Source of the DNA: Azolla caroliniana
Taxonomy: Eukaryota > Plantae > Polypodiophyta
Direction of reading: 5' to 3'
NCBI GenBank assembly: GCA_043228905.1
Contig: JBHGNT010000006.1
Location: 8,866,001-8,930,000 of the forward strand
DNA: 64,000 nucleotides
The number at the start of each line of letters is the position of its first letter. Within the stretch, counting starts at the first letter, position 1. The notes beneath the pieces are model-generated. The model did no database searches. It saw only the letters and a list, made by a program, of their open reading frames with translations, and was not told where the DNA came from. The translations under genes and the position numbers were made by a program. Positions 23,002 to 34,876 of this stretch are shown here, one piece after another.

Positions 23002-26000
23002 GTTCTCTGTTTTACGCTTCCGCAAACACTTACGTTTACATGGTATCAGAGCGCGAGGGTTGAGAACCTCTGCTGCAGACATTTACTCTTGTGAAGAAAA
23101 CCCTAACAGGTCGAAAACAGACACAGTAGAAAACATGGATAGAGGCATGGCTACGTCGCTCCCGGTGGAGAAGCTCGACAGGAGCAACTATGCATCCTGG
23201 TCTTACAAGATGCACCAGTACCTGCTTGGACACGGGTACTGGAGTTATGTCGAAGGAGCGAATGATGCAGCGCCCGACTCGGCACACAAGGACTTCCCGG
23301 TATGGGAACAGGCGGCAAGCAGGGTGATGTACTGCTTCGCGTCCAGTGTCGGCGATCAACCGCTCAGCCACATCCGTGACGCCAAGACACCGAAGGATGC
23401 TTGGGGGAACCTGAAAAAGGTTTTCGTTGCAAGCACCACTGCCCGGAAGCTGCAACTCAGACAGGAGTTGAGCAATGTTCGACAGAAGAACATGTCCGTG
23501 GCAAACTACACGGGCCGGATAAAGGAGATTTGTGACTCACTCGCCTCTATCAATGTTACCGTAGAGGAAGAAGAGATGGTGCAGATATGTCTCGGAGGCC
23601 TGGCGTCCAAGTTCGGAGCATTCCGGACTGCGATGTGTACAAGGGAGAATACCCCCTCATTCTTCGACTTACAGTCGATGCTCCTTGTACAGGAGAACCA
23701 CGCCGGTGCATCTACCAGTGCATCCCCGGACAGCCGAATGTTGTACACGGGAACGGATCGGCTCCGTAGGCGTGGTGGAAGAGGTGGGTCGGCACGCAAT
23801 GGAGGCGGCCGGCAAGAGCAGGAACGGAGGCAATATGAGTGTGCCGACAGCAGTTCCGGGACTTCCACAAGCAGGGGGAGTCAAGGCGGTGCCGGAGGCC
23901 GGCAAGACAAATCCGCTACGGAATGCTAGTACTGTGGCAAAAAAGGCCACAGGGAAAGCGAGTGCTGGAGGAAGCGTGCCGATTCGGACAAATCCGGATC
24001 CGGCAAGACCGGTAAGGATGGCCGGCAAAACTCGCACTACGCAAACGGATCAGGAGGATCCGGAATCGGAAAGGCCGGTAAGGGGCCAACCTTGGTAATG
24101 AATCACAAGGCAAACTCAATGAAGAAGACCACTTCCAAAACGGAGGAAGTGTGGTAAGTTGATTCTGGCGCGTCGAATGACATGACGAGCCACAAAGAGT
24201 GGTTCTCCTTTCTGGAGAAACCGGATCAACCAGGAGTAGTCGAAACCGGAGACGACACTCCTCACCCAATCGTGCACGTCGGAGACGTCCCTCTAAGCCA
24301 CATCAGACAGAAAGGGAAGCTGATGAACGTATTACACGTTTCGACAATCACGAAGAACCTGGTGTCCGTCGGTCAGATTGTCGACCAGGGGATGCAGGTG
24401 CGGTTTACGCACCTTGGGTGCTTCATTGAGGATGAGGGCGAAGTCATTGCGCAAGGACGCAGAGACGGGAGGATGTTTATCCTCAACACCAACGACTTTG
24501 GCACCGCTCTGTTCACGAAACGACAGAAGGTCGAGTCAGACATCGACCTGTGGCACAAGCGGATAGGCCACGTCAACTATCGGAGGCTTCAAGACCTGCA
24601 AACGAAACAAGTCGTTTTCGGTTTGCCGAAGTTCAGCGGCCGGAGAGCCGAAATTTGTGAAGCCTGCCAACTTGGGAAGCAACACCGGCTTCCATTCCCC
24701 ACCGAACGGAACCGGAGCCGTAACAAGCTCGATCTCATCCATTCGGATGTGTGGGGACCGGCACAAAGTGTAAGCCTTGGCGGGAGCCGATACTTCGTCT
24801 CCTTCATCGACAACTATACTCGACATACTTGGATCTACCTCATTGAGCGGAAGAGCGAAGTCTTCGACTGTTTCCGGAGCCTCCAGAAGATGGTGGAACG
24901 GGAATCGGAGAGGAAGATCAAATGCCTTCGGTCGGATGGCGGAAAGGAATATTTTTCCGGCCAATTCACTAGTTATCTGCAGCAGAAGGGAATTCGGCGA
25001 GAGTTCAGCTGCAGATACACACCGGAGCAAAACGGTGTGGCCGAAAGAAAGAACCGGACACTCGTAGAAGCGGCAAGGGCAATGCTGGAGGAAAAGAGCA
25101 TGCCCCGATTCTACTGGGCGGAGGCGGTCCAGACAACCGTCTACATACAAAACCGCATTGGTGACAAGGTGTCAGCTCATGAGCTGTATTTCGGGCGCAA
25201 GCCGAACTTAAGACACCTTCGGATATTCGGCAGCATAGCGTATGTGCATGTGCCGGATCAGAAGCGGAGAAAGCTGGATGCAAAATCGGAAAAATGCATC
25301 CTAGTCGGCTATGCTAAAGAGCAAAAGGGGTACAAGTGCTATAACCCCGGGACGAAGGAAGTCCGAGTTAGCCGGGATGTCGAGTTCGATGAATCATCAT
25401 CCTGGTACTCCGTACCGACTCCGACTTCCGATCCCGACCCAATGTCGGAAGATCAGGCCAGTGAGCCTGAATCAGCCCTGTCAAAGGATGATGAAGCCGG
25501 GACTCAAGATGAGAGTCTGGAATCGTTACGGTTGAGTGGACCGAACGAGCGACTGAGTCGGTTGGACCAGTCGGATGAAGAGACGGCAAGTGGTGGAGAC
25601 TCTGCCGTGCTCTCCCCGCACAAGGAACCAAGGAAACGGTTCACGCACAAAGAGAAGGGGAAGAGGAAGATGCCGGAATTCGAAACCGGCAACGATGAGT
25701 CGAATCGGTGCGTATCCGACTCCGGAAAGGAGAAAGGCAGATCTTCGGCAACGAAGACCGAACTGGCCAAGAAGGGCCTCAAATCAGGTGACGGTGCGTT
25801 GCTCCGATCAACCCGTCAGAAGGATCCCGTCGTGCGGTACGGGTACAATGAATACATGGCGCATCATTATGCGTACATGACTAAGGTGACAGAAGTGTGT
25901 GAGCCGGAGAGCTACGCAGAAGCGGCAAAGGACGCAAATTGGCGTGCCGCTATGGACGAAGAAATGCGGGCACTCGATGCCAACGAAACTTGGGACCTAG

Positions 26001-28478
26001 TTGATCCTTCCCGTCACTATAAACCAATCGGATGCAAGTGGGTGTACAAGGTCAAGTACAACGCCGACGGTTCTGTTAACCGATACAAAGCCCAGTTAGT
26101 GGCGAAGGGATACGCGAAGACCCACGGAATCGACTACGACGAGACCTTCGCTCCTGTGGCGAAGATGACGATGGTTCGTGTGGTACTGGCGGTTGTTGCG
26201 GCAAGGGGGTGGCATCTTCACCAGATGGATGTGAAGAACGCCTTCCTTCAAGGAGAGCTTGAAGAAGAAGTCTTTATGACTCAGCCCCCCGGATTTCAAT
26301 CGGAGATAAACGAGTCGGCGGTATGCCGACTGAAAAAGTCGCTTTACGGCTTGAAGCAAGCCCCCCGAGCCTGGAACGCGAAGATCACGCACCGGTTGCG
26401 TAAGCTGGGGTTTGTTGTCTCTAAGTCGGACTCTTCGTTGTTCATCCGGCCAGGCTCTGACGGTCCGGTATGTATACTCTTGTATGTGGATGATTTAGTC
26501 ATCACTGGACCGGGTCTTCCCGAAATCAACCGCGTCAAGTCCCAGTTGTCGGACGCATTCGAAATGAAGGACCTGGGGGACCTTCATTATTTTCTTGGGA
26601 TCGAAGTGATCCGGACCCCCAACGGCATATTGCTCTCACAACAACATTACGTGTTGAATATGTTGTATAAGTTCGGCATGACGGATTGTCGACCTGTCTC
26701 CACACCCCTGGACCGGAACCAGAAGCTTTGTCCCAACTCCGGACTGGCCTGCAATGAGAAACGGTTCCGACAGGTTGTCGGAAGCTTGATTTACTTAACC
26801 ATCACCCGACCCGACATCAGCTATCCGGTCGGCATGGTAAGTCAGTTCATGCAGAAGCCGACCGTGGAGCACCTTCAGTGCGCGCAACGAATATTACGGT
26901 ATGTCAGCGGCACTAAGGACCGGGGACTGCTATACCAGCGAGGTATACCCGAAGAGCTTGTCGGTTACACAGATGCTAACTGGGCCGGCGATGCGTCTGA
27001 TCACCGCTCCATTTCCGGATACATGTTCTCCATAGGTAGCGCGGCCATTGCGTGGAGCAGCAAGAAGCAGCCCACAGTGGCTTTGTCAAGCATTGAGGCT
27101 GAGTATCGGGCCGCTACCGTAGCCACTTGTGAAGCCATCTGGCTTCGGCGACTGTTGCGAGACTTGCGGATCGAGGTACCGACCCCGATCCCGATTTACT
27201 GCGATAACATGAGCAACCTGCAGCTCGCCAGGAACCTTGTGTTCCATGCTCGCACAAAGCACATCGAGGTGCACTACCACTTCGTGCGTGAGCGGGTCCT
27301 GAGCGGTGAAGTTGACCTACGGTATGTTCATACGGATCGGCAAGTTGCCGACATCTTCACCAAGCCGCTCGGATCGGACAAGTTGCAACACTTTACCGAC
27401 ATGCTTGGTATTCAGCATCTCGACGTGCCGCACTTGAGGGGGAGAAAGGGCAAAGTCTCTACCGAAATGGGCAAAGGCCAGAAAACTGTTGAACCCGTCG
27501 GTAAGAGGAGAGCCGGAAGAAGAGTAGACAAGAAGATGAAGGAAGTCGACACATCCGAGCAGGTCGGAGCAAGCGGCTATGAAGAAGAGTTGTACACTCA
27601 GGAAGAGAAGCGTATGCAGTGCGGATGTCATCACGACAGTACTGACCATGATACAAAGTCGAATGAAGAATTCGATTTCGGTTCACCGGTTGAAGAAGCC
27701 GAGGGAAGCATGGAGAAGGCCAAGACTCGAAAGTGGTCCGATGTGGTGAGAGGCCTGAAGCCGGAAGTCGAATCGGAGTGTACCGATTCGGACAAGAGCT
27801 GGAACGAGTCGAAGACAGGTGACTCGGATCAACAGATGGATCCGGATGAGTCGGATCGACTGAAGGCCAAGGGGACACGGACACAGCGGAAGTCGATGCC
27901 ATCGTGGGAGAACCGACGGATCGGCAAGCGCCGGAGTCACAGTAACGTGAGTGCTGAGAAGGGCCTATTGAGCAGACATGCCGACCGAGAGGGTCGAGGC
28001 GCGCAGAACCAAAGGGGTCGCGGCAAACGGGACCGGACCGGACGAGGAGCGCAAGCAAGGCGGAGTGAAGCCAGGAGAAGTCGATTGGAAGAATCGACTG
28101 CCACAGAGGTCGACACTACGACCCCACCTCAGGTTGAGCTTGAGGGGGAGTGTTGAGCGGCAAGCTCAACCGGAGCCGGATCGGCTGAATAAGCCGGAGC
28201 CGGTAAGCGAGACGGATCGGGCGAAACGGATCGGTATTACGGTGAGCAACCGAACCGGCAAGCAGTGGAGGCCGGGTGCAATCCGTAACCGGAAGTCCAA
28301 TCGGAAGCCTAGAATAGGATAGACTACTAGGTAGCTATAATCTCGTAGTAAGTGCCAGATGCTCGTGTGAGCATTGAAGTACATGGTACTTCTGTCAGTC
28401 CCAAGAGGACTTGTATAAATAGTGCTACGTAGCACAGTGTGTGTACAGAGTTTTAATATAATTTTGAAATTGAGTTCT

Positions 28479-28526
<48 letters not shown>

Positions 28527-28565
28527 GTTCTCTGTTTTACGCTTCCGCAAACACTTACGTTTACA
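22608..28565 (+). mobile_element. Full-length Ty1/copia A' (same family as A, inserted antiparallel in A's integrase); LTRs 22608-23040 and 28151-28565
   Basis: TSD TCTTC (22603-22607, 28566-28570). PBS TGGTATCAGAGC at 23041-23052. PPT 28140-28150. About 7 LTR substitutions plus a 9-unit CT difference. Confidence 0.97.
23135..28156 (+). pseudogene. Copia gag-pol in a single frame (1674 codons) with two nonsense codons and a long post-RNase H extension
   Basis: ATG 23135; stops at 23927-23929 and 24155-24157. The 1324-aa remainder has IN (IHSDVWGP), RT ([15 protein letters not shown]) and RH (YTDANW..ADIFTK), and ends QVELEGEC* inside the 3' LTR. Confidence 0.92.
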
Positions 28566-30025
28566 TCTTCCTCTCGGCCACACTGTTTTGCTCCGGTGTG
28601 TATCTGCAGCTGAACTCTCTCCGAATTCCTTTTTGCTACAGATAACTGTTGAATTGGCTGGAAAAATATTCTTTTCCTCCATTCGACCACAGGCACTTGA
28701 TCTTCCTCTTCGTTCCCGTTCAACCAGGCTTTGCAAGTTCCAGAAACACTCGAAGACTTCGCTCTTCTGCTCAATGAGGTAGATTCATGTGTGTTGGTTG
28801 TAGTCGTCAATGAAGGAGACAAAGTATCGACTCCCGCCAAGACTAACGTTCTGTGTCGTTCCCCATACATCCGAATGGATAAGGTCAAGCTTGTTATGGC
28901 TACGATTTCGTTCTGTGGGGAATGGAAGCCGGTGTTGCTTCCCAAGTTGGAAGGCTTCACATATTTGGACCTTCTGGCCACTGAACTTCGGCAAACCAAA
29001 AACAATTTGTTTCGTCTGCAGGTCCTAAAGCCTCCGGTAATTGACGTGGCCGATCCGCTTGTGCCAGAGATCAATATCTGATTCAATCTTCTGTCCTTTG
29101 GCGAACAAAGCGGTGCCGACGTCATTGGCGTCGAGGATGAACATCCTCCCATCTCTGCGCCCTTGCGCAATAATCTGGCCCTCTTCCTCAATGAGGCACC
29201 CAAGGTACGTAAACCGCACCTGCATCCCCTGGTCAACGATCTGACCAACTAACACCAGGTTCTTCGTGATAGTCGGAACGTGTAATACGTTCATCAGCTT
29301 CCCCTTCTGTCTGGCGTGGCTCAAAGTGACTTCTCCGACATGCACGATTGGGTGAGGAGTGTCGTCTCCGGTTTCGACAACTCCCGATTGTTCCGGTTTG
29401 TCCAAGAACGAGAACCACTCTTTATGACTCGTCATGTGATTCGACGCACCGGAATCAACGTACCACACTTCCTCCGATTTGGAAGTGGTCTTCTTCATCG
29501 AGTTAGCCTCGTGTTTCATCACCAAGGCTGGCCCTTTACTGGCTTTTCCGGTTTTGGATCCTCCCGATCCTTCTGCGTAGTGCGAGTATTGCCGGTTCTC
29601 TCTATCGGCCTTGCCGGATCCGAATCTGTCCGAATCGGCACGCTTCTTCCAACACTCGCTTTCCCTATGGCCCTTTTTACCACAGTACCAGCATTATGTG
29701 TCGGCCTTTGCTTGCCGGCCTCCGGCACCACCTTGACTCCCCCTGCTTGTGGAGGGTTCGAAACTACTGTCGGCACATTCTCTGTGCCTTTGGTCCTGCT
29801 CTTGTCGGCCACTACCATTGTGAGCCGACCCGCCTCGTCCACCACGCCCACGGGGCCGATCCGCCTCCGTGTACAGCATCTGGCTATCGGTGGGTGCACT
29901 TGTTGACACACTGGCGTGGTTCTCCTCTACAAGGAGCATCGATTGTAAGTCGAAAAATGACGGCGTATTCTCCCTTGTACATACTGCCGTTCGGAACGCT
30001 CCAAACTTAGACGCTAGGCCCCCAA

Positions 30026-30378
30026 TGTCAAGATTCAAACTCTTGACACAACCATGTTATAATCTACTATTATGAGTTAACCAAGATATCTAGTACTAGT
30101 TATGTATGTAATTGGTCCTTATTATTTTGCTAGCATCATGTGCATAGTTGCTCCCTTGTAGTATTTACACTTGGCACATGCATGCATACCTACATGCTCT
30201 ATTGTAGATTCACATGCGTGCAACAAGTATGCATGCCATGTAGTATAAATAGAGGAGTTCACCTTGAAGGAATTCAAGGTGAACAACACCAGTTATGGAG
30301 TCTTTCCTTTAGTACTATCTTCTTTCTTGTCCATTTGGTTATCTTCTTCGTTGTCTCTTGAGTTTATGATCCGTGACA
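30026..30378. mobile_element. Solo LTR (353 bp) inserted in the gag of copia A
   Basis: Ends TGTCA...TGACA with TSD CCCAA (30021-30025, 30379-30383). TATAAATA at ~30245. The gag frame resumes on both sides. Confidence 0.85.
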
Positions 30379-33300
30379 CCCAAGACAGATCTGCACCATC
30401 TCATTTCCTCTATAGTGACGTTGATAGAGGCAAGTGAGTCACGGATCTCTTTGATTTGGGTCGTGTAATCGGCTACCGACATGTCCTTCTGTCGGACATT
30501 GCTCAACTCCTGTCGGAGTTGCAGCTTCCGGGCCGTAGTGCTTGCCGCGAAAACCTTCTTCAGGTTTCCCCAAGCTTCTTTTGGCGTCTTGGCATCTCAA
30601 ACATGGCTCAACAGCTGGTCTCCAACACTGGACGCAAAGCAGTACATCACTCTGCTTGCCGCTTGTTCCCACACTAGGAAGTCCTTGTGTGCCGCATCAG
30701 GTGTTATGTCGTTAGCTTTGTCAACATAGCTCCAGTAACCATGCCCAAGCAGGTACTGGTGCATCTTGTATGACCAAGATGCGTAGTTGGATCTGTTGAG
30801 CTTCTCCATCAGGAGCGAGCTAGCCATTCCTCTTTCCATCACTTCTCCTTCTGTTCTTACCGGGTCTTAGGGTTTGTCTTCAGATGTTGATGTCGGCTGC
30901 AAAGGTTCTCAACCCTCGCGCTCTGGTACCATGTAAAAAAAAGAATAGCGTGCGGAAGCAATAGAAAACCGAAAACAAAAACGCAGGTTTAATGGAGAGC
31001 TTGAATATACACAGTACGCGGGAGAGACAGAGAAAGAGCAGAACAACTTAAATCTATTATCAACAACTCTGTAAAATTATCTGTATATACAACGTGCTCA
31101 ACAGCACTATTTATACAAGTCCTAAGAGGACTGACAAAAGTACAATGTACTTCAATGCTCACACGAGCGTCTGGCACTAACTACGAGACATTAACTACCT
31201 AGTAGTCTAGGCTGCTACTAGGCTTCCGGTTACTGCTTGATCCGGCAAACTGGCTCCCCAACTCACCAACTCGCTTGCTCACTGGCTCATCCTTCCGGAT
31301 GTCGATCCGGATCCGGTTGAGCTTGTTGGTCAACACTTTCTAATTCCTTGCCACGCCTTCATAATTCCAGCAACACATATACTCTACATACATCCCCAGT
31401 ATTTGGATCACATTTCTGGCACAAAACCCCAAAGGGTTGCTTGACCAGCTTCCACCTTGTCTCGGCAACCACATCTTCCATCTACGTCTCCAAAGAATTT
31501 TCCAAGGTGCCTCAGGTGGTTGCAAGCTCTTGACCATCAATTTGCCGAGCAAGGCCTTCGTTTGCACCATGGGATCTATCAGTTCCACCCCACCTTCACT
31601 TCGTTCTTTTATAAGTGTGGTCCAAACAACCTTTGCACGAGCATGTTTTTCCTCAGTGCCCCCCCCATAAGAAATTTCTAATAAGCCTTTTTATCACTTT
31701 CATCGACTTGGGTGTGATTATCCAGCATGCAACAGTATGCCATATAGTGGCAATTAGAATCCGATTTGCAATCACAATCCGGCATGCAAAGAATAGTTTT
31801 CTTGCATTCCTCCATATTAGCTTTGTTTTTATTTTGTCCACAAGTAGATTGTAGTGTTCTAATTTATCAATGTCCATACCAATTTTGAAACCCAAGTATC
31901 AAGTAGCTTCTCCTCTCCTCAACCATTTGAATAAATGATGGAAATTATCAAATTGGAATTAAGGGAATGAAAGCAGGATCTAATGAGCCATGCTACTACA
32001 AAATAGGGCATGGAATGGCAATATGTGAGCAACCAGCCTATCAAACTGAAAGGTCGATTAGGTTGATTGCAAAAAATGGAAAGGATATGATGGTTGACCC
32101 CAAGTCGAGTGAGATCACACTGACGACAATGTGTTGGCCAATAGAAGGGCATTCAGATCAGCAATCATGGAACCCAACGATGCATTTTTGGAGAACTCAA
32201 GGACGAACTAAGGGTGCCAAGTTAGTTCAATTTTTCAAGTACAACACGAATATCAAGAGGCAAATCAAGTACAACACGAATATCAACGTAGACCCTAGAT
32301 GTAAAGCATGTGGACAACTAGAAAGCATTTCCCATTGTCTATGGGAATGTCGTGAGGCAACGGTTGTATGGGGAAGGACATTACAATTGCTATGTCATGC
32401 CTCGCTCAAATGGGGACATGCTTGTTGGAACTGCCTTGATGATGATGTGGAGAAATTTGATGGCACATGTAAGGCAATGCACAAAGGGGAGAATGGAATT
32501 ATTCTATTGATCATTGATAACAGGGCACCTACAGTTAGTGCACAAAAGCAGAAAATTGGAGATCTATGGATGTTGCTTGCACCCATTATCATATGGTGCA
32601 TATGGACGACAAGATGTACCAAGGTATTTTCAGCAAACAAATGGCCTCCAACTAAATCTATTAAGCTAATATGACATACATTAATAACTACATTGAGGGC
32701 ACAATATGAGTGATTGATGGAACAGATGATGTTTCAGAATTAATGAGGCTAAATTTCAGAAAACGTTGATGTACTACATCGATGACTGCAGAAATTGAAA
32801 TGAATATACGATGGCAGTACGTAGTACTCAGATGGTTGTTCCCCCCTCCCATTAGATGAAAGAGGGGCATGAATGACATGAGATACATGGAGAACAAACA
32901 TGTGGGCTATTGAATGCAAGTGATGTGTAAGATAAATAAGTGATGTCAGCCATATGGAAGTAGGCAAGGACTACCCAATAAAGGGACTAATGTTGTGTAC
33001 AAAATGACATTTTAAGTAATGGAGTATATTCTTTTGTGGAATAAATAAATAAATAAATGCACATGTAGCCTCCACATACCACCACATGTTTATAAAGTTC
33101 TAACTAAAATAAGGAAACAACAAATCTATCCATACTCGAATCAATAATATTTTTTTATTGACGATAAATATTCTTGACAGGGAATTTGCCATAGGGTATC
33201 TTTTTGAAGAAGGGCAACATGTTGTGGAGAATCAAATGCCATATAATATCAACAATAATGTGTTAAATCATCTTAAAGACACGATATGCATGTATGGATT

Positions 33301-34315
33301 TTTTAAGAGGTCAATGTGCGTTCTGGATGAGCTGCATGGGTTATATGTGATCATGGACAGAGGTTAGGGTCCAAGGATGATCAAGAATGGTCAATGCATG
33401 GGAATCATACGAGTCATTGATAGATCATAGATGTTAGGGGTGGATTATGAATTGTTGTACATGACAATTGAAAGAGTTGTTATTCCCTCTGATCCAATTA
33501 TTATATTTTCAAAAGCTCACCAAAATTGCTAACTTTTTTACGAGACCCATGAAACGAACTTTCTACACTATGGGATATGCATTATGTGAGTTTAATATAA
33601 GGTTGTTCAAATAATGTCTCCCATGCTCAAGCTTTTGATATTTTAATTCTCAAAGTAAACAATTAGATCAATATAAAATAATTTCCCAAACATGGAAACT
33701 ATATAATGAAAACTAAGATTAAAAATGTTACATGGATATTTCCTTCTACATGCACTAGATATTGGTAGTTCTACTCTTGTGGTAGGACACATTAAACTAT
33801 TGACCTTAGTTGGGATCCAAAGTTACTTATTTTAGTATTGCTTGAGATGGCCACGGGGCATGTAAGGGTTGAGCCCATGATCTCATTGTGTGTATCGAAT
33901 AACCTAGGATACACTACCTTGTCCTTCGTGGTTATGTGCATGTGCAAATCCACTGACAATGGGGAGGGAGGGATCCCCTTTCCAAGCATTGGTCTTCTTT
34001 TAAGTGGGGGAACACCTTGGATGTAGAAACAAACATGTGTTACCATAGTCCAATATACGTTACACTTACTTTGCACGACTTATTTTTCAACCATCCAATC
34101 TAGTTTCACAAATCAAACTTTGACGATCCCCAATCATGATTCACCATACCATGCTCAACATTTCAATCTTGATTGTGGGTGTGGTCAATATTTTTGCACC
34201 AACTTCATCATCCTATTAGCATGTTATGGAGTATCACATGATAAATAAGACATTTTGTGGAGCGGTTCAATTTCTTTGGCTCTCATTGTTCCTTGGTTGT
34301 CATGCTTCAACATAT

Positions 34316-34876
34316 TGTTGTAAATAGAGACTGGCCCCAACCGGATAGCAATCAAATGCAAAGACAAGAAGAAACAAACCAAAACAGAATATTACACAGA
34401 CAATGAAACAAGATGTTAACGTGGAAAACCCTGAAAGCAAAAAACCACGGGAGTCCACAAACTCCAAAAATGAATCACTATGGTGGGAGTAATACAAAAA
34501 GAATCTTAAAGGACGACCTTGAGCTCTTCTTCGTCCACAGACAGCTATAGAGTTACTCACACACACTCTCACTCTAGTTACTGAGGCAACTACACGCTAT
34601 AACTTTTCATAACAATCATAATCCTCCCTAACTACTTGCCCTAAATATATTTATACTTGTATACACAATATGAGCTATTTACAAATATAGCCCACTAAGG
34701 GCAGATTGAAGCTATTTACAATTATAACCCCGAGTTGTCTTTGATTGATTCGGCTATTAGCCTAATCGATTATTACCCGATTTTCGGCCTCGGCCGAGTC
34801 GTTGTCGACCGATTCGGCTTTCTCTTCTCCCCGACTCACGTTCTCCTTCCCATCCGAAGGGACCTGTTTCCTAACA
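34316..34876 (-). mobile_element. Copia-type solo LTR related to 4998-11422
   Basis: Reverse complement starts TGTTAGGAAACAGGTCCCTTCGGATGGGAAGG, like 4998 TGTTGGGAGACAGGTCCCTCCGGATGGGAAGG, and has the same GGGTTTTCCACGT U5 motif. TSD imperfect (CATAT/CATTA). Confidence 0.75.

Larger units (their letters stand above)
13724..31335 (-). mobile_element. Degenerate Ty1/copia element A (minus); 5' LTR 30932-31335, 3' LTR 13724-14132; hosts three insertions
   Basis: PBS TGGTACCAGAGC (rc 30920-30931); PPT rc 14133-14143. gag 30842-29694, PR/pre-IN 29525-28785, IN 28780-28571 and 22607-22263, RT/RH 16300-14700, with stops and frameshifts. Same family as 22608-28565. Confidence 0.9.
1625..33054 (+). 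mobile_element. 5'-truncated, 5'-inverted (twin-primed) L1 LINE hosting all nested elements; own sequence 1625-1711, 13403-13723, 31558-31949 (minus) and 31950-33054 (plus)
   Basis: 13-bp TSD AAATGCACATGTA at 1612-1624 and 33055-33067; (TAAA)n tail at 33040-33054. Minus pieces encode post-RT L1 ORF2 motifs (YLGFKIG, IRNFLWGG, KALLGKL..APWK, PIVWNPL). The plus piece encodes a zf-RVT (CKACGQLESISHCLWEC; IIWCIWTTRC). The two halves join in frame across a shared AAATTG. Confidence 0.85.

Noticed and set aside
28166-29248. 360-aa minus-strand ORF
   Set aside because: Chance fusion of an off-frame integrase segment with antisense LTR including a (GA)n tract.
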